The position numbers were made by a program, and so were the translations under genes. Shown here piece after piece: positions 11,600-24,899 of a stretch of DNA of 64,000 nt; the stretch's first letter is position 1, and the number at the start of each line of letters is the position of its first letter. Origin of the DNA: Octopus vulgaris (Eukaryota); assembly GCA_951406725.2 (NCBI GenBank), contig OX597820.1:29450001-29514000 (forward strand). Reading direction: 5' to 3'. The notes beneath the pieces were generated by a model. It was not told the DNA's origin. It ran no database searches and worked only from the letters and a program-made list of their open reading frames with translations.

Positions 11600-11930
11600 A
11601 AATATCTGGCACTCTGTCAGTTACAACAGTGAGAGTTCCACTTGATCCAATCAATGGAACAGCCTGCTCATGAAATTAACGTACAAGTGGCTGAGCATTC
11701 CACAGATACATGTACCCTTAAAGTAGTCCTCAGGGATATTCAGTATGGCATGAAATGTGACGAAGGTGGCCCTTTGAAATACAGGTACTATTCATTTTTG
11801 CCAGCTGAGTGGACTGGAGCAATGTGAAATAAAGTGTTTTGCTCAAGGACTCAACACACCATCTGGAATTGAACTCATGACCAGATGATTGTGAGCCAGA
11901 TGTCTTAACCACTAAGCCATGAATCTTCAC
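11600..11930 (-). mobile_element. SINE-D (tRNA-head CORE-type SINE); related copies about 3450-3600, 39875-40197, 46880-47030, 47330-47605, 55905-56030
   Basis: Minus strand head tggcttagtggttaag...gagttcaattcc, core cttgagcaaaacactttatttcacattgctccagtccactcagct. Confidence 0.75.
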
Positions 11931-12337
11931 TAAACACATACTCACACACACATACACTCTCTCACAACAGGCTTCTTTCAGTTTCTGTCTGGCATATGTA
12001 CTCACAAGGCTTTGATCAATCCAAGGCTAATGTAAAAGACACTTGCCCAAGATGCCATGCTGTGGAACTGAATCCAAAACCTTGTGCATGGGAAGCAAAC
12101 TTCTTAACCACACAGCCATGCCTGCACCTCCACCCCAAAGTAATTATGTCATGGAAAGGTCATTCTTCTCATTTCATAACACACAAAACTGTTAAATTCA
12201 CTTTTAGTTTATATTTCATTTTCATCACATAACTGCAACCTTGTCACTGACACATTTCTTTTGAAACTGTTTGGACGTTTATTAATAAGCCTCAGATTTC
12301 TCTCTCCCTCTCCCCCCCCTCTCTCTCTCTCTCTCAC

Positions 12338-12895
12338 ATGGACAAGCATGACTATGGTTTAGAAATTTGTTTTCCAACCACATGATTTAGTCCCATTGTG
12401 CAGCACCTTGGGCAAGTGTCTTCTATTGTAACCGCAGACTGAGCAGTGAGTAGATTTGGTAGATGGAAACTGAAAGAAGCCCATTATGTGTGTGTGTGTG
12501 TTTATGGTATGTAAGGCAGCAAGCTGGCAAAAACGTTAGTGCGCCGGGCGAAATGCTTAACGGTATTTTGTCTGCCATTACATTCTGAGTTCAAATTCCA
12601 CTGAGGTCGACTTTGCCTTTCATCCTTTCGGGGTCGATAAATTAAGTACCAGTTAAGCACTGGGGTCAATGTAATCGACTTAATCCGTTTGTCTGTCCTC
12701 TCTGTGTTTAGCCCCATGTGGGTAGTAAAGAAATAGGCATGTTTACGTCCCTGTGACTTAGCGGTTTGGCAAAAGAGTAGAATAAGCACTAGGCTTTAAA
12801 AAAAAGTTCTGAGGTCAATTTGTTCAACTAAAACCCTTTAAGCTGGTGCTCCAGCATGGCCACAGTCAGGTGGCTGAAACTAGCCAAAGGTATAA
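12338..12895 (+). mobile_element. SINE-A copy interrupted by SINE-B
   Basis: SINE-A 5' part 12338-12505 and 3' part 12743-12895. Confidence 0.75.
12513..12735 (+). mobile_element. SINE-B (Nin/Deu-like central domain)
   Basis: gagttcaaattcc B box, gcctttcatcctttcggggtcgataaattaagtaccag core; TSD gg(t/c)atgt at 12506-12512 and 12736-12742. Confidence 0.85.
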
Positions 12896-12914
12896 AAAAC
12901 AGAAGATATTCATA

Positions 12915-13250
12915 TATCCGAACGTGGCCGTTGCCAGCGCCGCCCCGACTGGCCTCCGTACCAGTGGCACGTAAAAAGCACCATCCGATCGTGGCTGTTG
13001 GCAGCCTCACCTGGCCTCCGTGCCGGTGGCACGTAAAAAGCACCATCCGATCGTGGCCATTGCCAGCCTCGTCTGGCACGTAAAAAGCACCCACTACACT
13101 CATGGAGTGGTTGGTGTTAAGAAGGGCATCCAGCCGTAGAAACATTGCCAGATCAGACTGGGCCTGGTGCAGCCTTCTGGCTTCCCAGACCCCAGTTGAA
13201 CCGTCCAACCCATGCCAGCATGGAAAGCGGACGCTAAATGATGGTGATGT
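12915..13250 (+). mobile_element. Family C RTE 3' end with three tandem units
   Basis: tggcacgtaaaaagcacc x3 then family C core and gatggtgat tail. Confidence 0.85.
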
Positions 13251-13521
13251 GTATGTATATTTATGTGTATATGTCTTGGTGTTATTTTCTTTATATCTCC
13301 ATAACCTAGCAGTTCAGCATGAGAGACTGATAGAATAAGTACCAAACTTACAAAAGAGAAATATGTTCTGATGTCGATTCATTCAACTAAAACCATGCCC
13401 CAGCATGGTCACAGGCCAATGATTGAAACAAATAAAAGATGATATATATGGATTTGTTGCATTCGTGTTGATTGGCTTTGACCTCTTGACATTGGTCATT
13501 GGGCAGTCGTTATTCTCTCTC

Positions 13522-13867
13522 TCTTTACTCTTTTACTTGTTTCAGTCATTTGACTGCGGCCATGCTGGAGCACTGCCTTTAATCGAGCAACTTGACCCCA
13601 GGACTTATTCTTTTGTAAGCCCAGTACTTATTCTATCGGTCTCTTTTGCCGAACCGCTAAGTAACGGGGACATAAACACACCAGCATCAGTTGTCAAGCA
13701 ATGCTAGGGGGACAAACACAGACACACAAATACACACACTCATATATATATATATATATATACATATGTACGACAGGCTTCTTTCAGTTTCCATTTACCA
13801 AATCCACTCACAAGGCTTTTGTTGGCCCGAGGCTATAGTAGAAGACACTTGCCCAAGGTGCCACGCA
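13522..13867 (-). mobile_element. SINE-A copy, tail-to-tail with a + strand partial copy at 13278-13440
   Basis: Reverse complement of SINE-A body. Confidence 0.85.
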
Positions 13868-14750
13868 TTGAATTCTGCTTTTTTTGTTTCTTTACATAGT
13901 ATGTCATTGACATCATTCTACAGATTTTTTTTTTGGTGGTGGTGATTGCTTTTGTTTTTTTTTTTGTTCTTCTTGAAAGTCAGTTTCTAATTTATACATA
14001 CCCCTTGTTTGCTGCCTACAAATATATAAGGTATATTACAACAGCTCTTTGTTGTGATAGTAGACAGCTGTAAAAAAAAAAAATAGACTCCTCTTATGTA
14101 GGTTAAATTTTATTTTAAACGTGTTGTTATAAAGGAAAGTAAAAAGGATTGGCAACAATTAATTTAGAAATAACACAGATATATATATATATGCATCTTT
14201 GTTCATAAACTTACTTTTGTAACTATGCTTTCTTAACTGTATACACACACAAATACGTGTGTGTATGTGTGTACATTTGTGCATATATCTGCATGTAAAT
14301 ATATATGTATGAAATAGATTAGTCTTATAGGTGGTGGGGGGCGGGAAAATATTCATTTCCTTTGTGTGGTACATTGGTGTTACTCTATTCAAAGTTATGG
14401 TTGACATAGTGTTCCTATTCTCAAATGCAAATAGTTCAGTTACCAGTCTAAGCGTTGTATCATAGGGCCATATAACCATGTTGTCTACATAGAATTTTTC
14501 GACCAAACACTTGTGTTTATCTCCTGCATGAAGGTAAATTATTGACGTAGGTTCCCTTACAGCATGGCTATGCTAGTGTTAACCTAATCATTTACTAATA
14601 AAGGTGTGTCTCGTTTGCAAGTTTCAAGAAGGTTAGCACGTGTTTCTTGAAGGCACCTTATATGATATGCAGTATATCTAACTTTACAATTTATATATGG
14701 GTTTGTGATATTTTGTGACCACTTTCGCCAGTGTCCTTGTCAAAAGAGTA

Positions 14751-15262
14751 TCATAAATCCTCGAGTATAGTCCGCCCTTCAGTATAATATGCTGGGGATT
14801 TTGTGGGGGCTGTACTTCTGAAAAACATAAATCTTGTGTATAATGTGCACCCCTTCTCTAACTTGAGTCAAGGAGGTCTATATAACGTCCTTGGTTTGTA
14901 AAAATATATACGGTAATGTTCTTTATTATTATTGTATATATAACATAATGCAAACATGTAGCTTTTTTGTGCATTTTGTTTGCAGAAAATAAAGAAGTAA
15001 CAATAATAATGTTTAATAAATGTTGCTTACTGCAAGTTACGGATGATTCTTTTATGACTTGATTGCTTTCAGGCTTAGCTTAAGGTATTTTCGCCCCCAA
15101 CATCACAAAATGCGTCTAAATAAACATTGTCAGACAGCAAATCGAGACTCGGACATTGCTTAGAAAATATTTTAAATTTTTAACCTCATAAATACTACGC
15201 ATTAGGGATTTTGACCTTTAAATTTTGTGGAAAAAATGCGGATTATACTCGAGGATTTACGG
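14751..15262. mobile_element. pogo/Tigger-type MITE
   Basis: TA|tcataaatcctcgagtata ... tatactcgaggatttacgg|TA; near identical to 56148-56628. Confidence 0.85.
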
Positions 15263-15561
15263 TAGATCTTACAGGTAAATTACAAGTAATCAGTTTAATA
15301 GATATCTGTATTTTGTTGGGGGTTTTTTTGTGATTTTAATTTAAGATTAGACTCTTGGAGGATTCTTCTAAATTTACTCACTAATTATTTATTAGGTATT
15401 GCATTTCTAAACATTATGCTATCAAGCCTATTATTTTCAATCTATGTATAGACTTGAATACAAGTGAGAGATGCCTTCACGAAAGGCATCTGGCTGCAGT
15501 AAATCTACCACAGTGAATTCCATTGAATGCATGTAAGCATAGAAAAGTTAATAATAAAATG

Positions 15562-15623
<62 letters not shown>

Positions 15624-15624
<1 letters not shown>

Positions 15625-15800
15625 TGTTCGTCTCTGTTGCGTTGCATTCTTTCCTTCTGGGGCTGGCCGATTCAGAGCAGATCTCAGAATTAAACAGCCG
15701 AAATCTGCGATGATGAATCGGTTTCTGACTGAAGAACGAAGGCTTTGAATGACCCGTCTGTCTCTTATGTTCGTCCCTTCGTGTATTTCACGTTATTTAT
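15624..15800 (+). mobile_element. Short relic embedded in (TA)n/(CA)n, with SECIS-like hairpin (Penelope/Naiad-like)
   Basis: ccgattc..gcagatctcag AA ttaaacag ccgaaatctgc gaTGAT gaatcgg, followed by ctgaagaa. Confidence 0.4.
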
Positions 15801-15813
15801 ATATGTAAAGGTT

Positions 15814-15850
<37 letters not shown>

Positions 15851-15869
15851 CATATATATATAAATTTAT

Positions 15870-16230
15870 TTTCTACATGTTTCAGTCATTGAACTGCAGC
15901 CATGCGGCGGCACCTCTCTGAAGGGTTTTGTTGAATACATTGACCTCAGTGTTTATTTTTCAAGCCTGGTGCTTGCTCTATCTGTCTCTTTTGCTGAACC
16001 TCTAAGTTATAGAGATGTAAACACACTAACACCAGTTGTCAAGCAGTGATACAGGACAAACACACACACACACACATGTTATGGCTCCTTTCAGTTTCTG
16101 TCTACCAAGTTCAATCTCAAAGCTTCGGTCATCCAGCCCGGGGTTTTAGTAGAAGACATTTGTCCGAGTTGCCATGAATGGGACTGAACCCAGAACCATG
16201 TGGTTGAGAAGTAAACTTCTTACCACACAT
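15870..16230 (-). mobile_element. SINE-A copy (diverged)
   Basis: tgtttcagtcattgaactgcagccatgc ... cttaccacac. Confidence 0.8.
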
Positions 16231-16272
16231 ATTTTACATCCTGGTTTCCATCTATTATGAGCTGAACAATCC

Positions 16273-16313
<41 letters not shown>

Positions 16314-17092
16314 CAATTATGATAGGTTTCCATGCCCCTAATTCCACAAAGAGGGATTTTACTTTTGATCAAACCAAAATCATGGTAGACAGTTACCAAA
16401 GGCACCATGCACTGAGATCAAACCCAAAATCACATAGCTTTGAAACAGACTTCCAAACCATAAGCACACACCACACACACACGACACAATCATGCTCATA
16501 CACACACACACACACAAGTATTTATTCTTTGTATAAATCTTTCTTCTTAGCAATAAAATTCCAGATTTCCTTTCATTCTTTCTGATTTATGTGAAATATT
16601 TGGAAGAAATATTTGCTCATGATATTAGAAAAAAGAAATTGCCGAATAAAAATACAAAGATAAAAATCATTTCTTTTAGATGTGTTAATGCATTACAATG
16701 TGAAAGTAACTGACATAGCATTTTATATTGCATCCTCATGTGTCTGTGTGTGTGTGTGCATGCATTTGTGTGTGTGTGTGTGAATGTCCCCTTAATACAT
16801 CTAACAGAGTACTTAATTTTCAGTTATATTTCAAAAAAATACAGCAATGTGCATAAGGCGGATTTGAACTTGCGACTTGTGTAACCGGTGTTTGTCTCCT
16901 TAGCTACCTGCCACTTAATATTCTTGTTGCCGAGATCGTATTGTCTACCTCTGTTCTTTGACTTTCTCTTTCCCTCCCTCCCTCTCTCTCTGTCTCTCTC
17001 TCTTTCACTGTCATATACATGTATATGTGTGTGTGTGTGTTTGTGTGTGTATGTATAGATAGATAGATAGATAGATAGAGATGTACATAAAG

Positions 17093-17125
<33 letters not shown>

Positions 17126-17357
17126 TGTTGTATGAATCTGCATATATCCATCCTTCTCACTTTCTATGTCTCTGCTGTAGCCCTCCCTCTGCTGATATCA
17201 ACTGTAAATATTAACTCCAGTTCTATTCTGTTTCTACTGCAAAATGCTGTCTCACATACATAACTACATACATACACACACACATACACACAGCTGTGGA
17301 CCAACTACCACCTGCAAGAGAGAACTCCTCCTACCACACACAAATACACACATATAC

Positions 17358-17388
<31 letters not shown>

Positions 17389-17577
17389 CTATTAGCTTTT
17401 ACAGTTGTCTGGTGCTACTGTTGTCAGAGTGGGCTTCCTATCCAAATATCATCCATATACCCGTAGCTTGTCTGGCAGTTCATTTACTCTTCCAGCCTCT
17501 GATTTCTGTGGATGGCCTTGTCGTTGTGGCACTTATCCATTGACTTAACTTGGAATTGATCCCCCAACAAACAGCAC

Positions 17578-17680
17578 TATTATTATTATTATTATTATTT
17601 GTAGTAGTAGTAGTAGTAGTAGTAGTTGTAGTAGTAGTATTAGGATTAGTGGTGGTGGTCGTGGTGGTAGCGGTGGTGTT
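17578..17680. repeat. Compound trinucleotide microsatellite (TAT)n(GTA)n(GTG)n
   Basis: Direct reading. Confidence 0.95.
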
Positions 17681-17751
17681 GCTCAACTTAAGTTATGACA
17701 CAACACTTATTCAAAGATTTCTTTTACGTTCTATTTTACTCGGTCTAATCT

Positions 17752-17803
<52 letters not shown>

Positions 17804-17996
17804 CATAAAATGCGTTCTTTTTTTTCTCTCCCATTAAAGTAATTTTCTTTGGTTTTTTTTTTTTTATGTTGGTGGGGGAAATCCTCCTAAGACATTAATA
17901 TTGTTGCTGTTGTTATGACAGTAATAAAGGGGCCTATTTAAAAAAAATATATATTTTTTTAATATCTGGATTCAAATACACGATACATATATATAT

Positions 17997-18028
<32 letters not shown>

Positions 18029-18539
18029 GCATGCATTGCAGAAAACTATTATATTGTTATGAGAGCTATACACATGTTTGTCTAAAAAGAAAATATATAA
18101 ATATATACATATATATATACACACACGCACAGGCATACGCACATATACAGATATACGTATATACTGACACACACATATATATATTTATATGCACACTGAC
18201 AAACATACACACACACAAAATACAAATTACGCTTACGGTCTGTATATGTCTACCGCAAGGATATTAACTGGAAGTAAAATTATTCCCCTCTGTGGTGGTG
18301 TTTTTAATGTAAGTACATATACATATATATATATAGCATGCTTTGTATATATTTCTCTTCAACCTTACCTTGTTTCATGATTTGTCTGTTGTACATTTAC
18401 AAACGCATATTCATAGAAGACAGATCTATCTATCTCTCTGTATATCTATCCATCTCTGTATCTATCCATTGCTTTATCTCTGTTTATCCTTCTATCTGTC
18501 TCATGCAACACATTTTACTTACACTAATAACTTATTGAC

Positions 18540-19327
18540 CACTATTATTATTGTTGTTATTGCTATTATTATTGTTATTATTATTATCATTATTATTATT
18601 ATTATTATTATTATTTTTGTTTATCATTGTTATTATTATTATCATTATTATTATTGTTATTATTATTATTTGTGAGCTGGTAGAATCCTTAGTGCATCAG
18701 ACAAAATGATTAGTGGTATTTCTTCCAGTTCTTGGTGTTCTGAGTTCAAATCCTGCTGAGGTCAGCTTTGCCTTTCATCGTTCCAGGGTTGATAAAACGA
18801 AGTACCACTCAAGTACTTGAACTGATGCACTCAACTAAATCCTTACCCCTAAAGTTACTGGCATTGTGATTAAATTTGAAACATCATCATCATCATCATT
18901 ATTATTATTATTCAGTAGTTTTATTTTTATAGTGTGCTTTCACTTCACTACCAAGCGCAGCTCTGTGTGCCTTGGGTATGTGCTGTGGTTTGCTATGATG
19001 CTCTTATGGTTACTATTGTTATAATTATTATTATTATTATTATTATTAAGGTAGTGGGCTGGTAGAATTGTTAGTATGTCAGACAAAATGCCTGGCGGCA
19101 TTTTATCCATCTTTATGGTCTGAGTTCAAATTCTGCCGAGGTCGACTGCTTTGCCTTTCATCCTTCCAGGGTCGATAAAATAAGTACCAGTTGGACACTG
19201 GGGGGGGGGGTCGATGTAATCAACTTACACTCTCCCCCAAAATAGCTGGCCTTGTGCCAGTGCCAATATTTGAAACTGTCATCATTATCATCATCATCAT
19301 TATCATCATCATCATTATTATTATTAT
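18540..19327 (+). mobile_element. Tandem SINE-B copies (about 18672-18880 and 19048-19275) separated by (ATT)n/(ATC)n tracts
   Basis: Two SINE-B cores in the same orientation among trinucleotide tracts. Confidence 0.8.
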
Positions 19328-21177
19328 TTCAAAATTTGTGCTTGTGTGTTTTTGTATGCATGAAAGAAGGCGTTAAATATTTGTTCTTTACAAGCTATTG
19401 TGCAGTTTTTTTTTTGTTTTGTTTTGTTGGGTTGTTTTTTTAACTTTTAGTAGACACACATTGACAATGATAAATTTAACTTCAGTTTTTTTTTTGTTAT
19501 TTTGTTTTTTTTTTTGCAGTGGGGATATTGTGAATATGATATCTCACACACACACAACACACACCTCTTGTTATATGTAAATGCATAAGTGAATATCAAT
19601 GTGTATAGATATGTGAATGTGTATACAAAAATGCATATGTAAATGCGTGCATGTGCACAAGTTTGAATGTGTGTGTGTTTGTGCGAATGTATAAATCTGC
19701 ATAAAGATGATTGTACATGTGTATGTTTGTGCGCATTTATACATGTATGTGTGCATGTGATCGTGTAAATATATAAATGCGTATACATATGTGTTTGTGT
19801 AGGAATATGCATATTTATTTGTGTGAATGAGTGTGTGTGTGTATGTATATATGAATGCATATATATGCACATGTACTCTACATGCATTTGCAAACACTAA
19901 CCTTATTGAGTATTTGATGTTCTCATTGTGGTTTAACCCCTGGTTAGTTCTGATTGAATGGGCCTGTGACCAAAATTTTACCAGCCGTGACTATATCTAA
20001 GACTGCATTACTCAACGTACCCTTTCTTTTTCCTTAAGACATCAGGATGTGATTGGAGGGGATTTTGGTCGACATTTCTAGCAAATCTATTGAGTATGTA
20101 GTGGCTACCTTGGTGGCTGATTCGAAATTTGATCACAAATTAGTAATTCATTATATGCTTATGCACACTGGTATAGGTGCTTATTTTACTGCCAAGTTAA
20201 GAATGTCTGCATCCATATTTATTGTTCTGAGTTACTGATTTATTAATCGCCTGGGTGTGTGCGCGCACGCACATGTGTGTGATTACCATTGTCATGTTAA
20301 TGTCCACTTTTCTGTGGTTGCATGGGTCACATGGAACTCATCGAGGCAGCTTGTCTACAGCCGGCTGCCTTTGTATTTTTTGTCTTGTTACCAACAGTCA
20401 CCTGTTTCCAAGCAATATAATATTTCCACGTTGCATTGCTAAACGTGTTTTCGCAACAGAGTAGAAGTGAAGGCTTGTGTTTGTGTGACTGCGACACTCA
20501 TTTGTAACTATCGTGCATTTTCAAAACAAAGAGACACAAACACATGCTTGTGTGCACATGCACACACACACATGCAAACACGCATATGAACACACACACA
20601 CATTTATATGTACACAACTTCTTTCTTTCGGTTTCCATCCACGAAATCTTTTCAGAAGTCTTTGGTCAGCCTAGGTCTATTTGCCCAAGGTGTTGTGGTT
20701 GTACAGTGGGACTGAAAACATGTGTAGAAAATCAAACAGGAACCATGTAGGGCTAAGACGACTCTTTAGTTAAGTGTTGTTGAGGACATAACAACCCCTC
20801 TGATGCTGGTGCCATGATAAAAATGCACCCAGTACATTCTATAAATATATGGTGTTAGGAAGGTCATTGAGCTACAGAAGCCATGCCTCAACTGAGACAT
20901 GCAAACAAGACAAGGCCCTCTGGCCCATCTAAGTGGGCAGTAACTCTGAATTAGAATTGACCCAATCCATACTAGCATGGTAAACAAACACACAAGTATG
21001 ATAATAATGGTATGTTGTGGTTTAAGTATTAAAGTACTACTGAACACATGCTTTTGAAGGAAGTATATAGAATCTGTTGGGTGGGGAATAGGGGTAAGGG
21101 TTACTATTTTCAATGCTGTCTCTATTCCTGCTTCACATCTACTGATTACAGTATATTTCAATGCATTGAATATGCTG

Positions 21178-21211
<34 letters not shown>

Positions 21212-21420
21212 TCAAGGTATTTATTCATTGATAGTGTTCAACAACTAATCAGAAATTAGTTGGGATTATGACCAATGCTCATATGTAATAAATAAACAGA
21301 AAGAATGAATTCCTTGAAAATACCTATAAAAAGAAAATCTGCATTATATTTACCTTACAGCAGCCTTCAGGAACTTACACACACACACACACACGCACAC
21401 ACACACATATATATATATAT

Positions 21421-22110
21421 ATCATCATCATCATTTAACATCCATTGTCCCTGTTGGTATGGAATGGACGGTTTTGACCAAGGCTGGCAAGCTGGAAGGC
21501 TGATTTGGCATGGTTTCTATGGCTGGATGCCCTTCCTAATGCCAGCCTCTCCAAGAGTATAATGGGTGCTTTTACATGACACCAGTATCTGCCATGACTG
21601 CAATTTTACTTGGCTTGATGGGTCTTCTCAAGCACAACATAATGCCAAAGTCTCAGTCATTCATCATTGCCTCCATGAGGCCCAACCCTCAAAAGGAGCT
21701 TTTCTTGTGACACTGGCATCAGCCACTTTGCCTTCGTGAGGCCTAACACTTGAAGGGTGTTTTTTATGTGCCAGTTATGTGACACCAGCATCAGTCACAA
21801 CTATGATTTCACTTGGTTTGACGGGTCGTCTCAACCACTACAGATCACCAAAGGTCACTAGTTATTGCCTCTGTGAGGCCCAAAATTCGAAGATCATGCT
21901 TCACCACCTCATCCCATATCTCCTTGGGTCTACCTCTATCACAGTTAGAGATCAGCACTTCTTTACACAACTGTCCTCATCCAAGCACATCACATAACCA
22001 TACCAGCACAGTTGTCTCTCTTGCACACCACATTTGATGCCTCTTATGCCCAACTTTTCTATCAAGATGCTTACACTCTGTCATATATGCACACTGACAT
22101 TGCACATCCA
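21421..22110 (-). mobile_element. RTE-clade LINE 3' portion: ORF C-terminus plus 3' UTR (parent of family C)
   Basis: Minus strand encodes WMCNVSV...EKLGIRGIKCGVQERQLCWYGYVMCLDEDSCVKKC...GRPKEIWDEVV, running into family C sequence and (GAT)n tail. Confidence 0.8.
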
Positions 22111-22956
22111 TATATATTATGTGGGTCTGCATTTAAAAAACCTGTATGGACATAGTTTGGGTACATTTGACAAAATACTAGAAATCTCTTTTTTCATTAC
22201 TCTTTCATAATATTCATTTGTTTAGCTTCATAATAGCCTTGATTGAGATCTATGACCAAGGGTGCTCCAGATGTGACCATCCTGTCTTTTTCCTTAGATT
22301 TATGACAATATTCAGTGTGTCAGTCATTTTCTTAATATGGTAGCATACAATCTAAAGCAGATTTTTGGCTGCTATTTTTAGCAGTTGAGTTACTGTTTAG
22401 TAGTTACTACTGTTTTGTTTGGTTTATTCAATTCCAGTTAATTCAGCTTATCCCTTGTATTATCACATTTCTGTTGAAATCTGCTGTTGTTGTTTCAATT
22501 ACTTTTGAAAATAATGAATTTACTAAAAGAATTTTGATATTATTAAACTGGTGTTTTGAACCTGAAGTAACCTGACATTTTGATAGAGGGTTTTAATTCA
22601 AATCACTCTTAAACATAGAGTTTGTATCGTAGAACAGTCTCAAGCAGGTTGCTATCAAAAGGGTTGTACATGCTCACTGTATAAACAGGAATTTTCATGG
22701 TGTTTGATCTTTACTCTTACATATGTCACATTTCTCAGAACTTGATTGACAATTCTGCCACAGGAACATTACAATACACACACACGTGCACACACACACA
22801 CACACACACATTGTTTCTCTGTCATTAATTAAACTTAAATACATAGCACCATCACTGCCATGATCACCAGCAACTTTGCTGTCAAACCAAAAGTGGCTTA
22901 CAGCTCAACAAAGCAGCCTTTACACTAGTCTTTTCAAAGGTTTATTTTTGCTTTAA

Positions 22957-23323
22957 CCCTTTCGTTACTGTATTTATTTTGAGATGCTCTCTGTTTCTTT
23001 CAATTACTTTAAATATAACAAAGAATTTAGTAAAATAACTTAGCTATCGTTAAGTTAGTGTTAGGAACATAAATTTTGACTAAGGTTTGGTGGGAGATTT
23101 TAATTCAAAACTGATGAAAACAAGACATTTGTACTCAGAGCCAGAGCCAGTTTCAGCCAGGTTGGTAACTGTTATGTCGCATGTTCGGATGACCTCTCCT
23201 CAACTCTCGACTCTCACCGCTACTCAACTGTTCTCCTGACATCTAGGCTTCTCCCTCTATATCTACATATTGGGCTAGCCTACTTCATCGTCTGGGGGCG
23301 TCCACACAACAGTAACGAAAGGG
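22957..23323. mobile_element. piggyBac-like MITE; related degenerate copies about 930-1188, 22455-22665, 26940-27090, 35910-36150, 54132-54340, 61200-61740
   Basis: TTAA|ccctttcgttac ... gtaacgaaaggg|TTAA. Confidence 0.85.
23170..23311. mobile_element. 142-bp solo LTR
   Basis: TGTT...AACA termini, 5-bp TSD GTAAC at 23165-23169 and 23312-23316. Confidence 0.75.
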
Positions 23324-23429
23324 TTAAAACAATCTCCTCCTCTGTTTTGATCGTGTAAAGTTCTCAATGTGTACCATCTCACCTTCAAGTGGAGCAACTT
23401 TGGGAGTTAACAAGGTGGATTTTTTTCAC

Positions 23430-23640
23430 CCTCATCATCATCATTTAACATCCGCTTTTCCATGCTGGCATGAGTTGGATGGTTTTACAGGAGCTGGCAA
23501 GCAGAAGAGCTGCCCCAGGTTCCATTTGTGTGTTTCAGCATGGTTTCTACAGCTTGATGCCCTTCCTAATGTCAGCCACTTTACACAGTGTACTAGGTGC
23601 TTCTTATGTGAACCCCAGCACAGGTATTCTTTATCCGGTA
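23430..23640 (-). mobile_element. Family C RTE 3' end
   Basis: catcatcatttaacatccgcttttccatgctggcatg...gatgcccttcctaatg. Confidence 0.75.
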
Positions 23641-24468
23641 CCATCATATTAATGTTCTATGTAAAAGATAGAGTTCAGGTTCCAATCTTGTTGAAACTAA
23701 GTGTTGACTGGACATTACAAAATGATGTATAAACAGCCATTTGACTTGCTAGAAGTAGCAACTAAATCTCCCTCTGATTATGCTCCACCATCATATACAA
23801 AGAAAAAGAGACATTAGACTAAGTAGTTTCAGTTTTTGATGATTAAAAAAAAAAACAAAAAAAAAAACAGAATGATCTTGTTGGAATGGTTTTGGTCATA
23901 GATCTACTCAATCAGAGCTAACCCAGGGCTAAACAGCAACAAAATTGACTGAGGATTTTGTCATATATGTGGTAATAGGGATGTTTCTGTCATAAACTGT
24001 TTCATATTTGATATATTTTGATATATAGATCATTACTCAAAACTTTCGCATTCATGTCAGGCATTAAAAGCAAATAAGCCTTATTGTGGGGATCTATTGC
24101 CAAGTTAAACCCCATCACAAGATTTCAGTCTAAGATTACTTTTTTTTCTTTTTATTCCAGTCATTGGAATACAGCCAATACTTACTTTTAGTCTGCTACT
24201 TATTCTGTCAGACTCTTTCTTTGCCAAATTACGAGGATGTAAACAAATTTATACTGGTTGTGGAGCAGTGACACTCACAAACACACGTGTGGGAACACGC
24301 ACATATATAATGGGCTTCTTCACAGTTTCCATCTACCAAATTGACTCACAAGTTATTAGTCAGTTCAGGACCATAACTGAAGAAAATTGCCCAAAGTACC
24401 ATTCAATGAGATTGAACTTGAGATCATATGGTTTGAAGTTCTTAACTCCAACTATACCTGCTCATATA

Positions 24469-24676
24469 CTCTTTTACTCTTTTAATTTGTTTGTCATTGT
24501 GGCCATGCTAGAGCACCACCTTTAGTTGAACAAATTGACTCCAGGATTCATTCTTTGTAAGCCTAGTACTTATTCTATCGGTCTCTTTTGCCGAACTGCT
24601 AAGTTACAGGATCTAAACACACCAGTATCAGTTGTCAAGCGATGGTGAGGGGACAAAAACAGACACACAAACACAA

Positions 24677-24719
<43 letters not shown>

Positions 24720-24868
24720 CGCAACGGGCTTCTTTCTGTTTCCGTCTACCAAATCCACTCACAAGGTTTTGGTTGACCTCAGGCTAGAGTAGAAGACACT
24801 TGCCGAAGGTGCCATGCAGTGGGACTGAATCTGGAACCATGCGGTTGGTAAGCAAGCTACTTATCACC
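24469..24868 (-). mobile_element. SINE-A copy (preceded by an older copy at about 24150-24460)
   Basis: Reverse complement of SINE-A. Confidence 0.85.
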
Positions 24869-24899
24869 AATACTTATTGTTTTTACTCACTGAGCCTAG

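Noticed and set aside
12917-13090. Regularly spaced tggcacgtaaaaagcacc repeats resembling a CRISPR array (also 4570-4890)
   Set aside because: The spacers are themselves similar to each other; this is a minisatellite in an RTE 3' UTR in eukaryotic DNA with no cas genes.
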